64,000 bases of DNA, from the NCBI GenBank assembly GCA_951406725.2, contig OX597833.1, positions 38,130,001 to 38,194,000 of the forward strand. The letters are read 5' to 3'. This document shows, piece after piece, positions 20,400 through 33,783 of this stretch. The notes below the pieces were generated by a model. The model saw only the letters and a list, made by a program, of their open reading frames with translations, searched no databases and was not told where the DNA came from. Origin of the DNA: Octopus vulgaris (taxonomy: Eukaryota). The position numbers were made by a program, and so were the translations under genes. Positions within the stretch are counted from its first letter, which is position 1; every line of letters starts with the position of its first letter.

Positions 20400-23300
20400 T
20401 TAATTATTCTTACAAAATCGAGAAACAACATGAACATGTTTCGCCCTTTATTTGACGTCTTCAGCAAGACAAAACTATGCTGTATTATAGTAGGTGTCGA
20501 AGTGGTGATTAGACCGCCAACAGAACACATAGCATCGATTATCCAAAGTTAACACTGCTTATATGCTTCCGATGTAATTTAACTTTTCCTACATGAATCG
20601 TTTTATTCATTGTTTTATACTTAACAAAAGAGGAAGGGGAATCACGCTTCCGTCTGTATGAAGTGAAAAAAATCATTAATAAATTAAGAACTTACACTAA
20701 ATGTCCTATAGTAGACTACTGTTCTAGTCACTAAAATAACTATGTCGATATATTGATTTAGCATGAGATTGTATGATCATTCCTTACTGATTGTGAGTTA
20801 GTGATATGAATGAAGATACTTTAAAAAAAAATATTTCAAAATATTGTAGTTAAAAAAAAAAATTGGGCGAAACTAAATACGCACATCTGGTGTTTAGGGT
20901 TAGGGTTTAAGATTATGGATTTTTGTTACACCGAAAACAGGTGGTATGAGAATTCTTTACCTCCGCCAAAAAATTGCTTGAACATCATTACCATTGCAGT
21001 GTAAGCTTTCACTTTTAGTTGCTAAAAATAGCAGCCGAATCTTCCCTCAAATAAACAGACAGATAATACGATTAAACTTTTAGTCAACTTGAATTTCAGG
21101 ACGAAATTATTCAAGTTGTTATTATTTTTTTAGCCTTTAAAATTTATTTAATTTAGTGATAGTCATTATTTCGAAATTTCTTTTCTTATACCGATTCATG
21201 AGCTTCTTTTCATGTTTATCTAGTATAATTCAGTTATTGATTTACCATTTTTCACTTAATAATAAATGTTCAGGTTGGACAATGGCTACATGAATCAGTC
21301 TCACCAGTTTAGGAGAATTCTGTAAGAGTCACAGGAGTTTCCCTCCTCTGATTAACTCTACTGAAAAATAATAATCTACAATAATAAAAAACAAACTTAT
21401 AGTTGCGGATCCCGGACATAATAAATAAGCACCGAAAGCTAAGTGCACAACAGAGTTATTAATAAATATATTTTCAGAACAATTTGCCAATTCTTTTTTC
21501 ATAAGTTACCCAAAATATATTTTCGCAATAAAAATTTAAATCTTTAGCGTCACTGTTCAGGTTTTTGTTTTTCATTCTTGGTGTCACGGGCAGAACTTCA
21601 GACATTCATTATTCAACAATTGTGAAGTTTTTTAGCCATGGGTCAACCCAGAGCGAGCAGGCGGCTTATGATCAAAGTCATTTGAGGTGTGACCATCTCG
21701 TCTTTATATATATATCTTGTGCCTAGGGAGGGTCATTATGTCAATAACAATAAACACAAATAGTGATTCAATACAACTTTATTTTTTGTGAATCGGTTAA
21801 ATGACCTACCCTAGACACAAGATTTGTTTCAACACACGAATTCACATGAAGAATTTTGCAAAATAAATACAAAACAATATATACATATATATTGTTGTGT
21901 GTGAATGAAGGTTTCGATATAAGTCTGGCACTATATGCTGTTTTCAAGTACGAAAACATGCTAATGTTCTGACAGTGACAAAAGAAAAACAGAAAAAGAA
22001 CAAGAGAAGTGATACTAAAGATATTACACAACTAAAATAAGATTTTAACCACTTTTTTTCTATTTTCTTCATTCTTTCTTGCTCATCTTACCTATCTATA
22101 AAACCTATAAACATCATAAGTTGTAAAAATAGTTTTGAATCATCTAGTCAACTTCTTTCGTTCATTGTCTTAGCCTCGATGGGGAAAAAGTAGGGAGAAG
22201 TTTATTTATATTTTCATTACATTTCATTTAACTAACATTTCAATTAAAGCAAAGATGAAAACTTATCTCATAAAAGTAATTTTGGGGACCTCGTAACTTC
22301 CTTTAATGCAGCACAAGTCCGATGTAATAGAGTAATCAAAATATTTTGTATTTAGTGTCCTGTTTAACAATTCAAAGTATCTAAAACTTCGTAGGTAAAC
22401 ATAACAAAAGTTACTAGAAAGATGAAATATGTAAACAGTAAGCTTGTAACTCAGAAGACAGAGATAATGACAACGTTGTAAATAATAAATTTAGTGATGA
22501 TTTTCAACAAATTAAGACATGTTATTTCTTACCATTTTTACCAGTAGTTACACAATATTTCGATTTCTCTATTACATCGGACTTGCACTACATTAAAGGA
22601 AGTTACAAGGTCCCCCAAATTACTTTCATGAGTTAGGAAGTTTTCAACCTTACTTTAATTTAATTTTTTTAAAAAGTTTTTATTTGCTATTTATTTTGCT
22701 AAATAGAATATTCATATTCTTCAAGAGAGATTTGTGCATAATAAATCCCTAATTATATATTTCGTAAAAAGAAAAATGTCAAAACAAGAAGTAATCACGC
22801 TACAATCCTTATATTCCAGAGACCTTGATATTTCAGTTTCCTCTCTAAATGCCGAGATAGCAAACTTAAACATAAAAACATGCAGTAAATTTATCCAAAT
22901 ATTGTTTGCAAAACAACTCAGTTGTAATGCAAGTAGTTTCATCATTCTAAAATTAAACATTTCAATGAACTTAACACGGTTGTCAGCCGGCTGGCCTATT
23001 TTCTTATACATTATAAAGAACACTTTGTGGATGAAGAACAAGAAAAAAAAAAAGAAAACGTGTTGAGCAGAAAAGGCTTATTAGATAGCAAGTGAATATT
23101 TACAGGCGTAAATTGATCTATTCCAATAATTGGTAGAAGAGGGTTCCAAGAGCGGGAAAATAGCCAGAGAAAATCGTTCGCATACCTGCTGATTGAAAAT
23201 ATATCATAACACTTGGTTGTTTAAAGGTCCTGTCGGTTCCTGCAGGTGGTAGACTTGAAAACAATTTGTAAATAAAGTCATGCGTTTACAAACAACACTT

Positions 23301-23600
23301 TGGTACGAGATCGCACACTAACAAGCGATTCGAATGAGAAGAGTAAAAGAAACTAATGTTAAGGAAGAAATTGAAAGTTTGGTCAAAACAAGAAACAGTC
23401 TTCAGTTACATGGTAATCTACCCGGCCAACACGTGGTGGTGTCTGACAGGAGAGCGCTAGAACTGAACGAGGGAATATATAATTCCGGTTCATTCATTGT
23501 GCTGTCCTTGTTTCCTTAATCTGTGTACTTTTTTCATTCAGTGATGGGATTGGCAATTAGCCTGTCCGCTATTTTTATTTTCAGACGAGTGATTTTTTGA
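20400..23600 (-). promoter_or_regulatory. Probable CHEK1 promoter / 5' UTR exon region (CpG-retaining, E2F-like sites)
   Basis: E2F-like motifs at 20439-20446, 20865-20872, 20963-20970 and a canonical TTTCCCGC (minus) at 23152-23159; CHR-like TTTGAA (minus) at 20835-20840; candidate minus-strand donors after 23186 (CAG|gtatgc) and 20696 (gtaagt). TSS not determinable. Confidence 0.45.
22243..22660. mobile_element. Foldback MITE with ~90-bp terminal inverted repeats
   Basis: GGGGACCTCGTAACTTCCTTTAATGCAGCACAAGTCCGATGTAATAGAG is mirrored by CTCTATTACATCGGACTTGCACTACATTAAAGGAAGTTACAAGGTCCCC. Confidence 0.85.
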
Positions 23601-23832
23601 CAGAGTTGGTGGAAATACATTCGTTGTTCAGCCTCAAATCAACAGATTGAGGATAGCTATAATCAAAGACGACCCACTCATGACCAACCCTTCTTATATA
23701 TCCAGAATACAGTGTCTAATGAGCCCTTTTTAAAGACGGTAGAGTGTGTTTCGAGAGAGGTTTAGCTGAGAATTTTTTTTCCCAATAGATACTCTTCAAA
23801 GATATTAAAGGTTATCCCTGTTAGATATATTT

Positions 23833-24025
23833 CATCATCATCATCATCATCGTTTAACGTCCGTTTTCCGCGCTAGCACGGGTTGGACGGTTCGACCTGG
23901 GTCTGGGAAGCCAGGGGCTGCACCAGGCTCCGGTCTGATCTGGCAGAGTTTCTACGGCTGGATGCCCTTCCTAACGCCAACCACTCCGCGAGTGTAGTGG
24001 GTGCTTTTTACGTGCCACCTGCACA
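23833..24025 (-). mobile_element. RTE 3'-tail copy (CpG-retaining)
   Basis: (CAT)n + reverse-complemented tail. Confidence 0.88.
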
Positions 24026-24241
24026 TAAAAAAAATATATATATATTTATCTGTACTTAACTCTATACTATCGGGAATAATCAGGAAAACTATCATAATTA
24101 TATAGACTTCATATTTATTTCTAGGTGTTCTTTCTTTATCATCAATATCTGTATTTAATAATTTACCTTGCGCAAGTCTGATAGAATATTGGTACCTGTC
24201 AAATGATATTTATATAATACAAAATTTTGTTTTATGACCTG

Positions 24242-24770
24242 GGAAAGATTTCCGCACCCCACTCCCCATTTTCTCCCAAATTTGTTTATTTAAAGAATTT
24301 TTTTGCCAAAAATCCCCGCTTTCGGATATGGAGGTTCCAGAAAATTGGCATTGTGAACACCACCCCCCCCCACACTTTCCCCCAACTTCTTCAATTTTGA
24401 CTTTTTTCCACAACACTAACCCTAAAACCGTAACCATAAGTACAGAAACGTTTTGAAATTTTTGTCCGAATCCTAATGTCCGTATTTTTTCGCATATTTA
24501 GAAAAGAAAAAATTTTTTTTTAATTTTACAAAGATTTTTGGAAATTTTTTTCAGAATCATAATCTCCATATTTTTCCACATATTTTGAGAAAAAAAATTC
24601 TGTAAAAAGTTTAAAATGAAGGAAATGGGCGGGATGTAATTTAGAAATGTCAATTTTTGCCAATTTTTTTACAGATTCGTATTCCCCGTAGCTGAAAAGC
24701 GGGGTTTGTGTCGGAAAAAAAAAAAGTTTTGCAAAAGGGTGGTTGTGGGGGGAGGGGCAGAAGTCTTGCC
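24242..24770. mobile_element. Non-autonomous TIR element, Merlin-like
   Basis: 8-bp TSD ATGACCTG (24234-24241, 24771-24778); imperfect TIRs GGAAAGATTTCCGC / GCAGAAGTCTTGCC beginning with GG. Confidence 0.6.
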
Positions 24771-25218
24771 ATGACCTGTTCCTTTAAAACTGTTGATAAT
24801 TCCTGTTCTCATAGTAGTACTTCATTTGTGTCATACAAGGTACCAGCATTTAAGTTATGCTTCAAGCACCGATGTCTATTCCACAAATGCCAACTCACAA
24901 TGGTAATCTAGTGTATGTGTGACATATATTTCACTCGATGGTGTAGCATGGGTTTTGGTAGTACCCTTCCTTAGACGTAGCATACCTACGACTACAGGAA
25001 ACAGCTGTTTATAAAGTGGCTGCTCTGTGCACATCGCACACCCCAATGCTACGTCATTGATTTCATTCTGCAGACCCCACAGATGATCCAGTGAATCAGA
25101 CAAACAAGAAATGGAAATTCGACATCAGTCTCTGTTTCTCTGGGAATGCAGACTGTCTCACCAATCCTTCCTAGAGCCATTCTGTGCACTTTATCTATCT
25201 CCCTTTAATTACCTATAC

Positions 25219-25364
25219 CAGTTATGGGCAACCTGTGTCCCACGGGACATTCTGAATGGCACACCTAATGAAAAATAACCTTCAATGTTTTCAGCAGTGC
25301 AGTACATTTGATGATGAACCATGTCTCAATGTGGCCCACAGATCGTAAAAGGTTGCCCATGCCT
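25219..25364. mobile_element. hAT-type MITE
   Basis: CAGTTATGGGCAACCT ... AGGTTGCCCATGCCT inverted ends. Confidence 0.6.
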
Positions 25365-28300
25365 CCCCCACTTCCTGACATCATATTTAATATGAGCTAA
25401 CGAGAGATCCTCTAAGTGGTCTCTTGACCTGCAAGAAACAGCTGCCTAATCTCCCTCAAACCACATTCTAATGTCTTCAAAAAGAATACATTGAATATTT
25501 TAGTCTGAGATACACTATTCCACTCCAGACACCATATTTAATACGAACCAACAAGGAATCTCCTGAGTGATCACTGGACCTGCTAGAAATAGTTACCAAA
25601 TCTCCCACAAACTATACCCTATTGTCTTTAAAAAAGACACATTGGATAATATGCCCTGAAAATAGGCATTTGATCAAAAGTCTGCTCTTTTTGGGCTTAT
25701 CTGGGATTAGACAATGACAACAATCATAACAAACACTTCATTCAATCGTTTTCTCCACAAAATTAAAAATCTCTTGAACATTTTCCCAGGCAATGTTATT
25801 CTGCTAAATAATGGTCAACTGTAGTTCAAGCTGTAATTCAACAACATTAAACTCATCAGTACAGAAATTTGCTCGACTAAAGGCAGTGCTCCAGTATGAC
25901 TGCAGTCAAATGACTGAAACATGTAAAAGAGTAAAGAGTATATATATATATATATATAATAAATGCAGAATAAACCACAATTCAAATCAACTGATCAAGA
26001 AATAGGATAAGAGCCTGTGATTGTAAACATGGCCTCTAATGAACTGGGAGAGAAGTCACAAAAAGGATCGCGACTGGCCACAAAAGAACTTTGATGAAAA
26101 AGAAGCAGAAAAAAAGCTAAAACCAAATGAATGACTGTTTAACAAACACGTTAAACGATCAATTGGATAGATATTTAATCGACTGACTAATAATAAAGGA
26201 GTGGAACTGTGCAAGTGTTATTAATACTGGCATGTGTTATTAATGCTGGCGTAATGACTCTCCCTAGACACAAGAATTTTGCAAACCAAATACAAAAAGA
26301 ACATATTGTAACTTTTATGAAATTATTAATGCCATCCAATTATTTCAGTTAGTTAAGATTAAACTGTAAAATGCATTCTTTTATAATAAAGATATAGTTT
26401 GTTTAACAACTTAGTCAAAGACATAGGTGTGCACAGAAGAAATTTGTTTCACAGATAAGTGGTTCTGGGTTTGATGTCACTGCAAATCATCTTGAGCAAC
26501 TGTCTGCTGCTAGAGCCTCAGGTTGTTCAATAGCTTATGATAAGAATTTGGGAGATAAAACCTTCACCCAAAACCTTCCTGGTTCTTCTTCCATCAGTGC
26601 TCTCTCTTCTATTTACCTTCTCAGTTTCATTGCCTCAAATGAACATGCACATCAAAGAGTAGTGAGAACTCTTTAAATCCTATGAGGAATATGGCAACCT
26701 TGCTAGTGTTGGTAAAAGAGTGGAGACAATGTATGGTTGAGAAAAGGCTTTAGTTTTGTTGAGGACATGATGACCTCTCTAGTGATACTGCCATGATAAA
26801 ATGCACCCAGTGATAAGAAGAGTATGCTGCCATAGAAAGCAAGTCAAAAGAAAACAAGCAAAATGTGTTCTGACATGTCTACAAAAGCAGTAACTAAATA
26901 AGAACTGATTCAGATTGTGATGACTTGTCTAAACCATGTTAGCATGGAAAGTGGGATCAAGATGATGATGAAATTTTTTTTGACCAGGCTATCAGATGTT
27001 GCTACACCTCAATGGTCACAATGCATTTTACATTGTTTTAGCCTTCAAATGATGCCACCCTGCTGGCTAAGCGAGCAGGCCAACAGAAGAAAGAGTGAGA
27101 GAAAGTTGTGGCAAAAGAGTACAGCAGGGATTGCCACCGCCCCCTGCCGGAGCCTCATGGAGCTTTAGGTGTTTTCGCTCAATAAACACTCACAATGCCC
27201 GGTCTGGGAATTGAAACTGCGATCCTACAACTGTGAGCCCACTGCCCCTTACCACTGGGCCATTGTGCTTCCATGATGATGAAATTACTCTGTATATATA
27301 TATGTACACGCAATGTGTATTTACATAGATAAGTCTCTAACCTTGTCTCTCGTTAAAGGTTAAGATTTCATAAAAAAGGATCATTGTCATTATGTTTCTG
27401 ACCAGAACATTTTATCCTTACGTTGCTTCAATTCACTTTGTTGCTATGAACAGACACCAAATCCCCTAGGATATATTCAGCTTCAGATCAGAGTCAATTT
27501 GTTTTAGTTTGAATTGTCATTCAATCTGGGTTCTGGTGTTGATTGTGTGCTGTTGGGGTTAGTTTGTAAGCAACATTTCTGTTCTTGTAAAACTCACTCA
27601 CAAAAGCTACTTGCCACTAGGTGAACTTATGATATCAAGACAAAGGAGTGTGTTTCTCTATATTGATTTGCTTTAGAACAGTGACGCACAAACTTCTTTA
27701 GAAGGTAGTCCACATAATTCATAAGGAAAACTTCACAAACCACCAAATATAAATTTAATTTCAATTGCATTATGCAACATAGAATATAAATATCCTAAAC
27801 TAAGAAATTAATCATGCATTGTTTAAAAAGACACCTGGAAATTAATTTACTTTTGATTGACTTTATTTTAGATTGTCTTATGTAAAAAAAAAGTTAGTGA
27901 CTTTCTAGGTCTTGTGAAGATTGCCAGGATCACCAAAATTTTGGTGTTGTTCATTTAGGTCAAATTGTGTGATACTACTCAAGAAGGGTCTGTGTCTGTG
28001 ACTTCTGCAGCTTTTGGAGGCCTTCTGTGACTAGGGAATTTAATGAAGTGAATGTTTCTCTTGAAAATTTGAAGTCAATGACTTCAGGAAAAACATAAGA
28101 AGGACTAGGCATAGTGGTTAGTGCAGGGCCTGGGGTGGAGGACACAGTATAGATCATGAGACACCAGTGAATTGGAATGCCTGGGGCCATTCAAGAATTT
28201 GGACCTGGAGATCTCCATTTCCAGTGACTTTGAGGGCCATCTCCTAGTGGTGTCAGGCGTCAACGAAGAGCCCTCGACTACAACAAGACGACCAAAGTTT

Positions 28301-28883
28301 TTTTTTCCAAGGTCTGGGGTCTCCCGCCCCTAAGCCCTAGACCATCACCTAATCACCCTTACCTGTATTGTTGCTTAACAACAACAACAATGCCTGAGTG
28401 AAAGTTGGAACAAGGTCAGTTAGTTTCAAGGAGCAGAGGCCGTTGTAATTGCAGTAGAAGAGGCAAGGAGAGGAGACAGCACATTTGTAGGCCAGTGGTT
28501 GGGAATATTGGTGAGCAACTTCCTGCAAACCAGTCCAGTGGTCTTTCTTTGGATGCAGTCTAAGATGTAGATCAACATCATCATCATCATTTAGCATCTA
28601 CTTTCCATGCTGGCATGGGTTAGACAGTTTGATTGAAATTGGTAAGTTATAGGGCTACACAAGGTCCCAATCTGATTTGACATGGTTTCTATGTCTGGAT
28701 GCCCTTCCTAACACCAACCACTCCAAGAGTGTAATGAGTGCTTTTACATGTACAAGTTACATGACACTAGCATTGACCATGACAACAATTTCACTTGGAT
28801 GCTGAAGTACTTTTTTGCTTTTGAAGAAAATAACAAAGTCTTTTTGTTAAGATATGTATTTACCTGAAAAAATCCATGAAATG

Positions 28884-29435
28884 ACCAAGGAAATGACCAG
28901 TGACCGAGACCTTTGGAAGTATGCTGTGCGTGAGAAAACCCAGCAAGACCAGTGAGAACAGTCAAAATCAAAATCAAACCAAATATCAGAAAGCAGAACC
29001 GAATTGAGGTCGATCAACATCAGGGCCCCCGTGCAGGTGACACGTAAAAGCACCATCCGTTCGTGGCCGTTTGCCAGCCCTGTCTGGCCCCCATGTCGGT
29101 GGCACGTAAAAGCACCATCCGTTTGTGTTCGTTGCCAGCCTGGCCTGGCTCCCGTGCCGGTGACACGTAAAAGCACCATCCGTTCGTGGCCGTTTGCCAG
29201 CTCTGTCTGGCCCCCGTGCCGGTGACACGTAAAAGCACCTGTGCGGGTGGCACATAAAAAGCACCCACTACACTCACGGAGTGGTTGGCGTTAGGAAGGG
29301 CATCCAGCCGTAGAAACACTGTCAGATCTGACTGGGCCTGATGAAGCCTTCCAGCTTCACAGACCCCAGTTGAACCGTCCAACCCATGCTAGCATGGAGA
29401 ACGGATGCTAAATGATGATGATGATGATGATGATG
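28884..29435 (+). mobile_element. 5'-truncated copy of the main RTE LINE (ORF end, ~5 array modules, tail); an older minus-strand tail abuts at ~28575-28800
   Basis: ACCAAGGAAATGACC..CAAGACCAGTGA matches 2348-2419; anchors at 29045, 29107, 29168, 29230 and 29255; (GAT)n tail. Confidence 0.92.
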
Positions 29436-29944
29436 GTGAGAGCCCAGAATTTGTAGCAACCTTGAGGGTTCTAGTCAATCGTATTTAGCAGGGTGGAACA
29501 ATCATGTTTTCTTGTTATGTGTAGCAATTGTCTATGGCTTGAAGGCAACAAGATTTGCATGAACCAACTGGAGGATATTTTGTGGTTACTTGCCTCATTG
29601 AAGATTATAATACAATCTCCCTGAAATTATACCCAATCATTTTGAAAACTGAGGAACATCCATTGGCCAAGAAAGCAGTGTCTGAAAGATTGGGAGCTAT
29701 AGCTGGAAAGATTTGATCATAAGCCTGCTCTATCAAATTAGGACTGAGCTGAATTGCTACAACTAATTATATGCCATTTTTTAAAGTGAGAGAATAATGC
29801 TGATGATAAAGCTTCTTTTGCTATTAAAAACTTTTATATATACATACACACACACACATATATCATATATATATATATAGGGAAATGAGTGGAAATTTTA
29901 CCGGTGAGTGTGTTAAATTATAAGACACTCTCCCCAGACACAAC

Positions 29945-29950
29945 AGCATA

Positions 29951-29998
<48 letters not shown>
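29945..29998. repeat. (TA)n microsatellite
   Basis: Direct reading. Confidence 0.9.
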
Positions 29999-30004
<6 letters not shown>

Positions 30005-30104
30005 GGGAGTATGGCTCCAAACTTACAGGGAAAAATTAGATTTAGGATGAAATCAAATTTCACAGTATAAATATATATCTAATTCATATTTTATATATAT
30101 ATAT

Positions 30105-30538
30105 ATATTAATAGTTATTGCCAAACTAATATGGTAGTCTAAATATAAGACTAAAGCTGTCGCTGATTAGCTCCAAGAGGCCATTGCCTCTAGCTAGCTA
30201 TATGACACACGAACCTGCGTCCATTATAACCTTCGAACAGGGGAGGTCAGCCACTTCACTTTGCTGGTCAGACATCTGCAGACATGTTTCAGGGTAGTTG
30301 CCCTTTATCAATGCAGAGTAGTCAGACCCAGCAGGTGTCGCTACCGACCGTCTGTTCGAAGATTTTATTTACCTAATTTCCGTGGAATACATCCACTTGT
30401 TTTCAATAAAAGAAATATTAAAATTACTAAGTCTCTCTAAAGGAGATTACGGCAGCGTTACTGAATATTAATAGTTATTGCCAAACTAATATGGTAGTCT
30501 AAATATAAGACTAAAGCTGTCGCTGATTAGCTCCAAGA
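30105..30538 (-). mobile_element. Penelope-like pseudo-LTR fragment (partial tandem, 360-bp period) containing a hammerhead motif
   Basis: Exact 74-bp direct repeat at 30105-30178 and 30465-30538 enclosing a type I hammerhead. Confidence 0.65.
30275..30317 (-). ncRNA. Minimal type I hammerhead ribozyme, U3-A8 core variant
   Basis: Minus strand: TCTGCA TTGATAA AGGG-CAACTA-CCCT GAAAC AT GTC TGCAGA; helix I 6 bp, helix II 4 bp, palindromic ACATGT helix III. Confidence 0.75.
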
Positions 30539-30539
30539 T

Positions 30540-31641
30540 TAGCTTTAGTCACAATTCCTTCTGCCAGAAATTTGGAAACAACATGCTATACTGCTTGGCA
30601 TTTGCTGTGGAAGCTCAAATAAGAACATTTCAGAGTGTTTGGGTGTCAATCTGAGGACAGTGCAGATGATTCGGAAAGAGTTGGATGAGTCTAATGGTGA
30701 TTATGAAGATACGGGAGTTCGGAAAACTCACTCTGATCGTTCTGATAAGAAAAGAACTCCTGAATTTGTTGGTGAGATCCAGGCCATGATAGACAATGAT
30801 CCCTCCAAGTCAATCAGGTCCATTGCCAGTTACTTGGGAGCGTCTGAGTTTCTTATCAGGCAGGTAGTGCATGAAGACATTTGGTATTCCTCATACAAGA
30901 TGGGAAAGTTCCAATTTTTATCCTAAGCCATCAAGGACAAGAGGAAAGACTATGCTACAAAGCTTTTGAACAAACTCAAACATTCCCTCCAACAGAACAT
31001 GCTTTGGTTTTCCTCAGACAACAGTTGGCTTGCTGTGTCCCCAAAACATGTACTGAGAGTGATAAAAACCAAACATTCAGTCAATATCATGGTCTTTGGA
31101 GTGATCACTAGTGATGGAAAAGTTATGGATCCATTCATCTTCCCACTTGGCCTCAGACTCAACATGGAGGCCTACATCAAGTGCCAGGAGGAGGTAGTAC
31201 TGCCATGGGTCAAGAGGGTGGCTGCTGGAAGACCCTATGTTTGCCACACAAGTAGGAGAACCCAGTCATAGCTGTCAGACAATTTCTGTGACCACATCAC
31301 CCCTAATATATGGCCACCTAACTCCCCAGACTGCACTCCACTTAATTATTATGTGTGGGGCACAGTTGAATGAGAGACCAACAAAACTCCTTGTAATATC
31401 ATAGATGAACTGAAGGCAAGGATTAGGGCAGCATTCACCAACTTAAACAAGGAGACCGTCCAGAAGAGTTGCAAGAGATTCCAAAGTTGCATGGAGGCTG
31501 TGGTTGAAGCCAATGGAAATTTTATGGAATAAATTTATTCTTTAGTATTTCAGGATATTTTGGTAAATATATGTTAAAATGAGATGTCACTGCTAATTCC
31601 CTTTTTGCGTAATTTAGTCAATTTATTCACTGCACCCTGTA
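30540..31641 (+). mobile_element. Tc1/mariner-superfamily transposon remnant (DD37D/maT-like), degraded transposase
   Basis: HTH DPSKSIRSIA, IMVFGVITSDG, WPPNSPDCTPLNYYVWG, C-terminal AVVEANG; right end TATTCACTGCACCCTG|TA. Confidence 0.85.
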
Positions 31642-33737
31642 TACATACATACATATATGGAACAATCAGTTAATGTGTTCAGCTGTTAACTGAAAGGTTG
31701 ATGGTTCAGTTCCCCCCAGGGATGATGTGTAACTAATCCGTGAAGGTGCATGGCCCAGTGGTTAGAGCATCGGGCTCACAATCAAGAGGCAGTGAGTTCG
31801 ATTCTTGCACTGAATTGTGTTTTTTGAGTAAGACACTTTATTTCATGTTGCTCCAGTCACTCAGCTGTAGAAATGAGTTGTGACGTCACTGGTGTCAAGC
31901 TGTATTGGCCTTTGCCTTTCCCTTGGATAACATTGGTGGCGTGGAAAAGGGAGTGTGGTATGTATGGGATACTGCTAGTCTTCCCTAAACAACATTGCTT
32001 AGATTTGTGCACCGGAGGGGAACTTTCTAGGTGCATCCCACGATCATTCATGGTTTATTGAAGTAGAAGGTTGGAAATTTTTCCCGTATGGGAGTTTAAG
32101 CCGAATATATATGTTGCGTGTGTACCTGTCCCCCCACATCACCGTTTGACAACTGGTGTTGGTGTGTTTACGTCCCTGTAACATAGCGGTACGGCCAAAA
32201 CGACCCAGAGAAATAAGTACTAGGCTTAAGAAATTAGTCCTGAGGTCGATTTGCACGACTAAAACCTTTCGAGATGGGGCTCCAGTATGGCCGCAGTCAA
32301 ATAAGTGAAATAAATAAAAGAATAAAAGAATTCTATTTCACTCGTATGTAACTTAGTTTCCATGGACGATTGAAGGCTTATTATTGTGTCCCTTTGTTCA
32401 GAACTCTCTACTGTTACGAATCAATTTTAAAGTAAAACTCTACTTTGCTTTAGTTTTTTTTTTAGAACTCCACAGCCTACCATGAAAGGATATAATATTC
32501 CTTTTTCATTGATATTACTTTGGACTATTTTCTTATGGAATGGTTTGTTCATATATTTTCCTACTTTAATGATTCTTTTTTTCTTATCCACGTCACCTAT
32601 CTCTTACATATGATATCTGTTTTACGTGAAACTACTTCCCCAAATGTTTCGAAACCTAAGCCAGTCATACAACCGTAGCCGGATATCGCGTTAATATTTG
32701 TCATTATTCATTTTCCTTCCTCTTAATCAATAGTTAAATCAACATTTCATAGCAAATAAACTTTATGAATACGTATATATTTACACACAATCGGTTTTTA
32801 TCAGTTTAACGATTCATTATACTCACACATACTTAGTTCAATCATAGTTTTATACACAAACACACATTTCTGAAAGAGATAAAGAGAGGTGGGGGTGTAT
32901 GCATAAGTGTTGTTTAACAAGACTTTTATTATTATTTATTTGGTTATGGAGTCTCTACTTTATTGACGGCATTTGTTACTTTGTTCTCTCGTGTTTTCAG
33001 TCTATAGGTTTCTGATTGTAACAACGTTGCAACGAACCAAGATTTAATCGTTAAATACTACGTATTCCTTATAAATGACTCTAGGCATTACCCTTCAAGT
33101 TTTGCTAAAGAATAAACCATACGAGATTGCATATGTAGTTGCTCAACCGGTTAGATATAGCAGTCAAATTTGTTTGAAAATAACATACTTTTGTCTCAAA
33201 AAAGCAAACTAAGTTTAAATCGGATTTAGTTTAGTCTGATATGCAAACGCTCGGGATGGGCATGTTTAGAAGGCCTTTAATCTTAAGTCTGCTTACATCT
33301 GGGGCTAAATAACGTGTACTTGGAAATACATGTTCACATAGGCCTATTTTGCCTTCTTAGGAGTTAAGGTATATGTCCAGCTTATCTGATTCACTTTTTC
33401 TTTAAAATGAGTCACGAGTACTTAATATTTCATTATTAGTTTAACAATAGTATTTTGATTCCCCTTTGTGTCAAACATTCACAATTTTTTTTCGTTTTCA
33501 CATTTGCTACAATAATCTAAGATGAAATGAAGACATCTGATTTTCCCCATCTTTGAGAAGCTTGTTGTTTTATGATTTCTTTAAAATGAAAGGAAATACA
33601 AAGTTCGCCAAAGAAATGACAAAACTTCCTTATTTTGTTATCGTATTCGCGTTGTTTGTCAAGAGTGAACTGCCCGCTTTTTGCTAGACAGATTTATCAA
33701 GTCCACAAGCGGACACTGAACGCTAACACACACAAAT

Positions 33738-33738
33738 A

Positions 33739-33781
<43 letters not shown>
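33738..33781. repeat. (TG)n(TA)n microsatellite
   Basis: Direct reading. Confidence 0.9.

Positions 33782-33783
<2 letters not shown>

Noticed and set aside
20427-20470. Hammerhead-like CTGAAGA..GAAACATGTT on the minus strand
   Set aside because: Helix I is mismatched, helix II is only 3 weak pairs, and there is no flanking repeat structure; it overlaps promoter-like motifs, so it may be chance.
20893-20909. TTAGGG repeats
   Set aside because: Only two units; not an interstitial telomere array.
28224-28275. HDV-like ribozyme resemblance (GAGGGC..CATCTCCTAGTG..GCCCTC)
   Set aside because: P1 is only 4 bp and J4/2 does not fit; cannot be supported without a structure search.
32899-33015. Short hydrophobic ORF MHKCCLTRLLLLFIWLWSLYFIDG as an alternative nicastrin signal exon
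   Set aside because: Only a weak donor (G|gtttct), and hydrophobicity is expected from T-rich DNA; kept as a fallback only.
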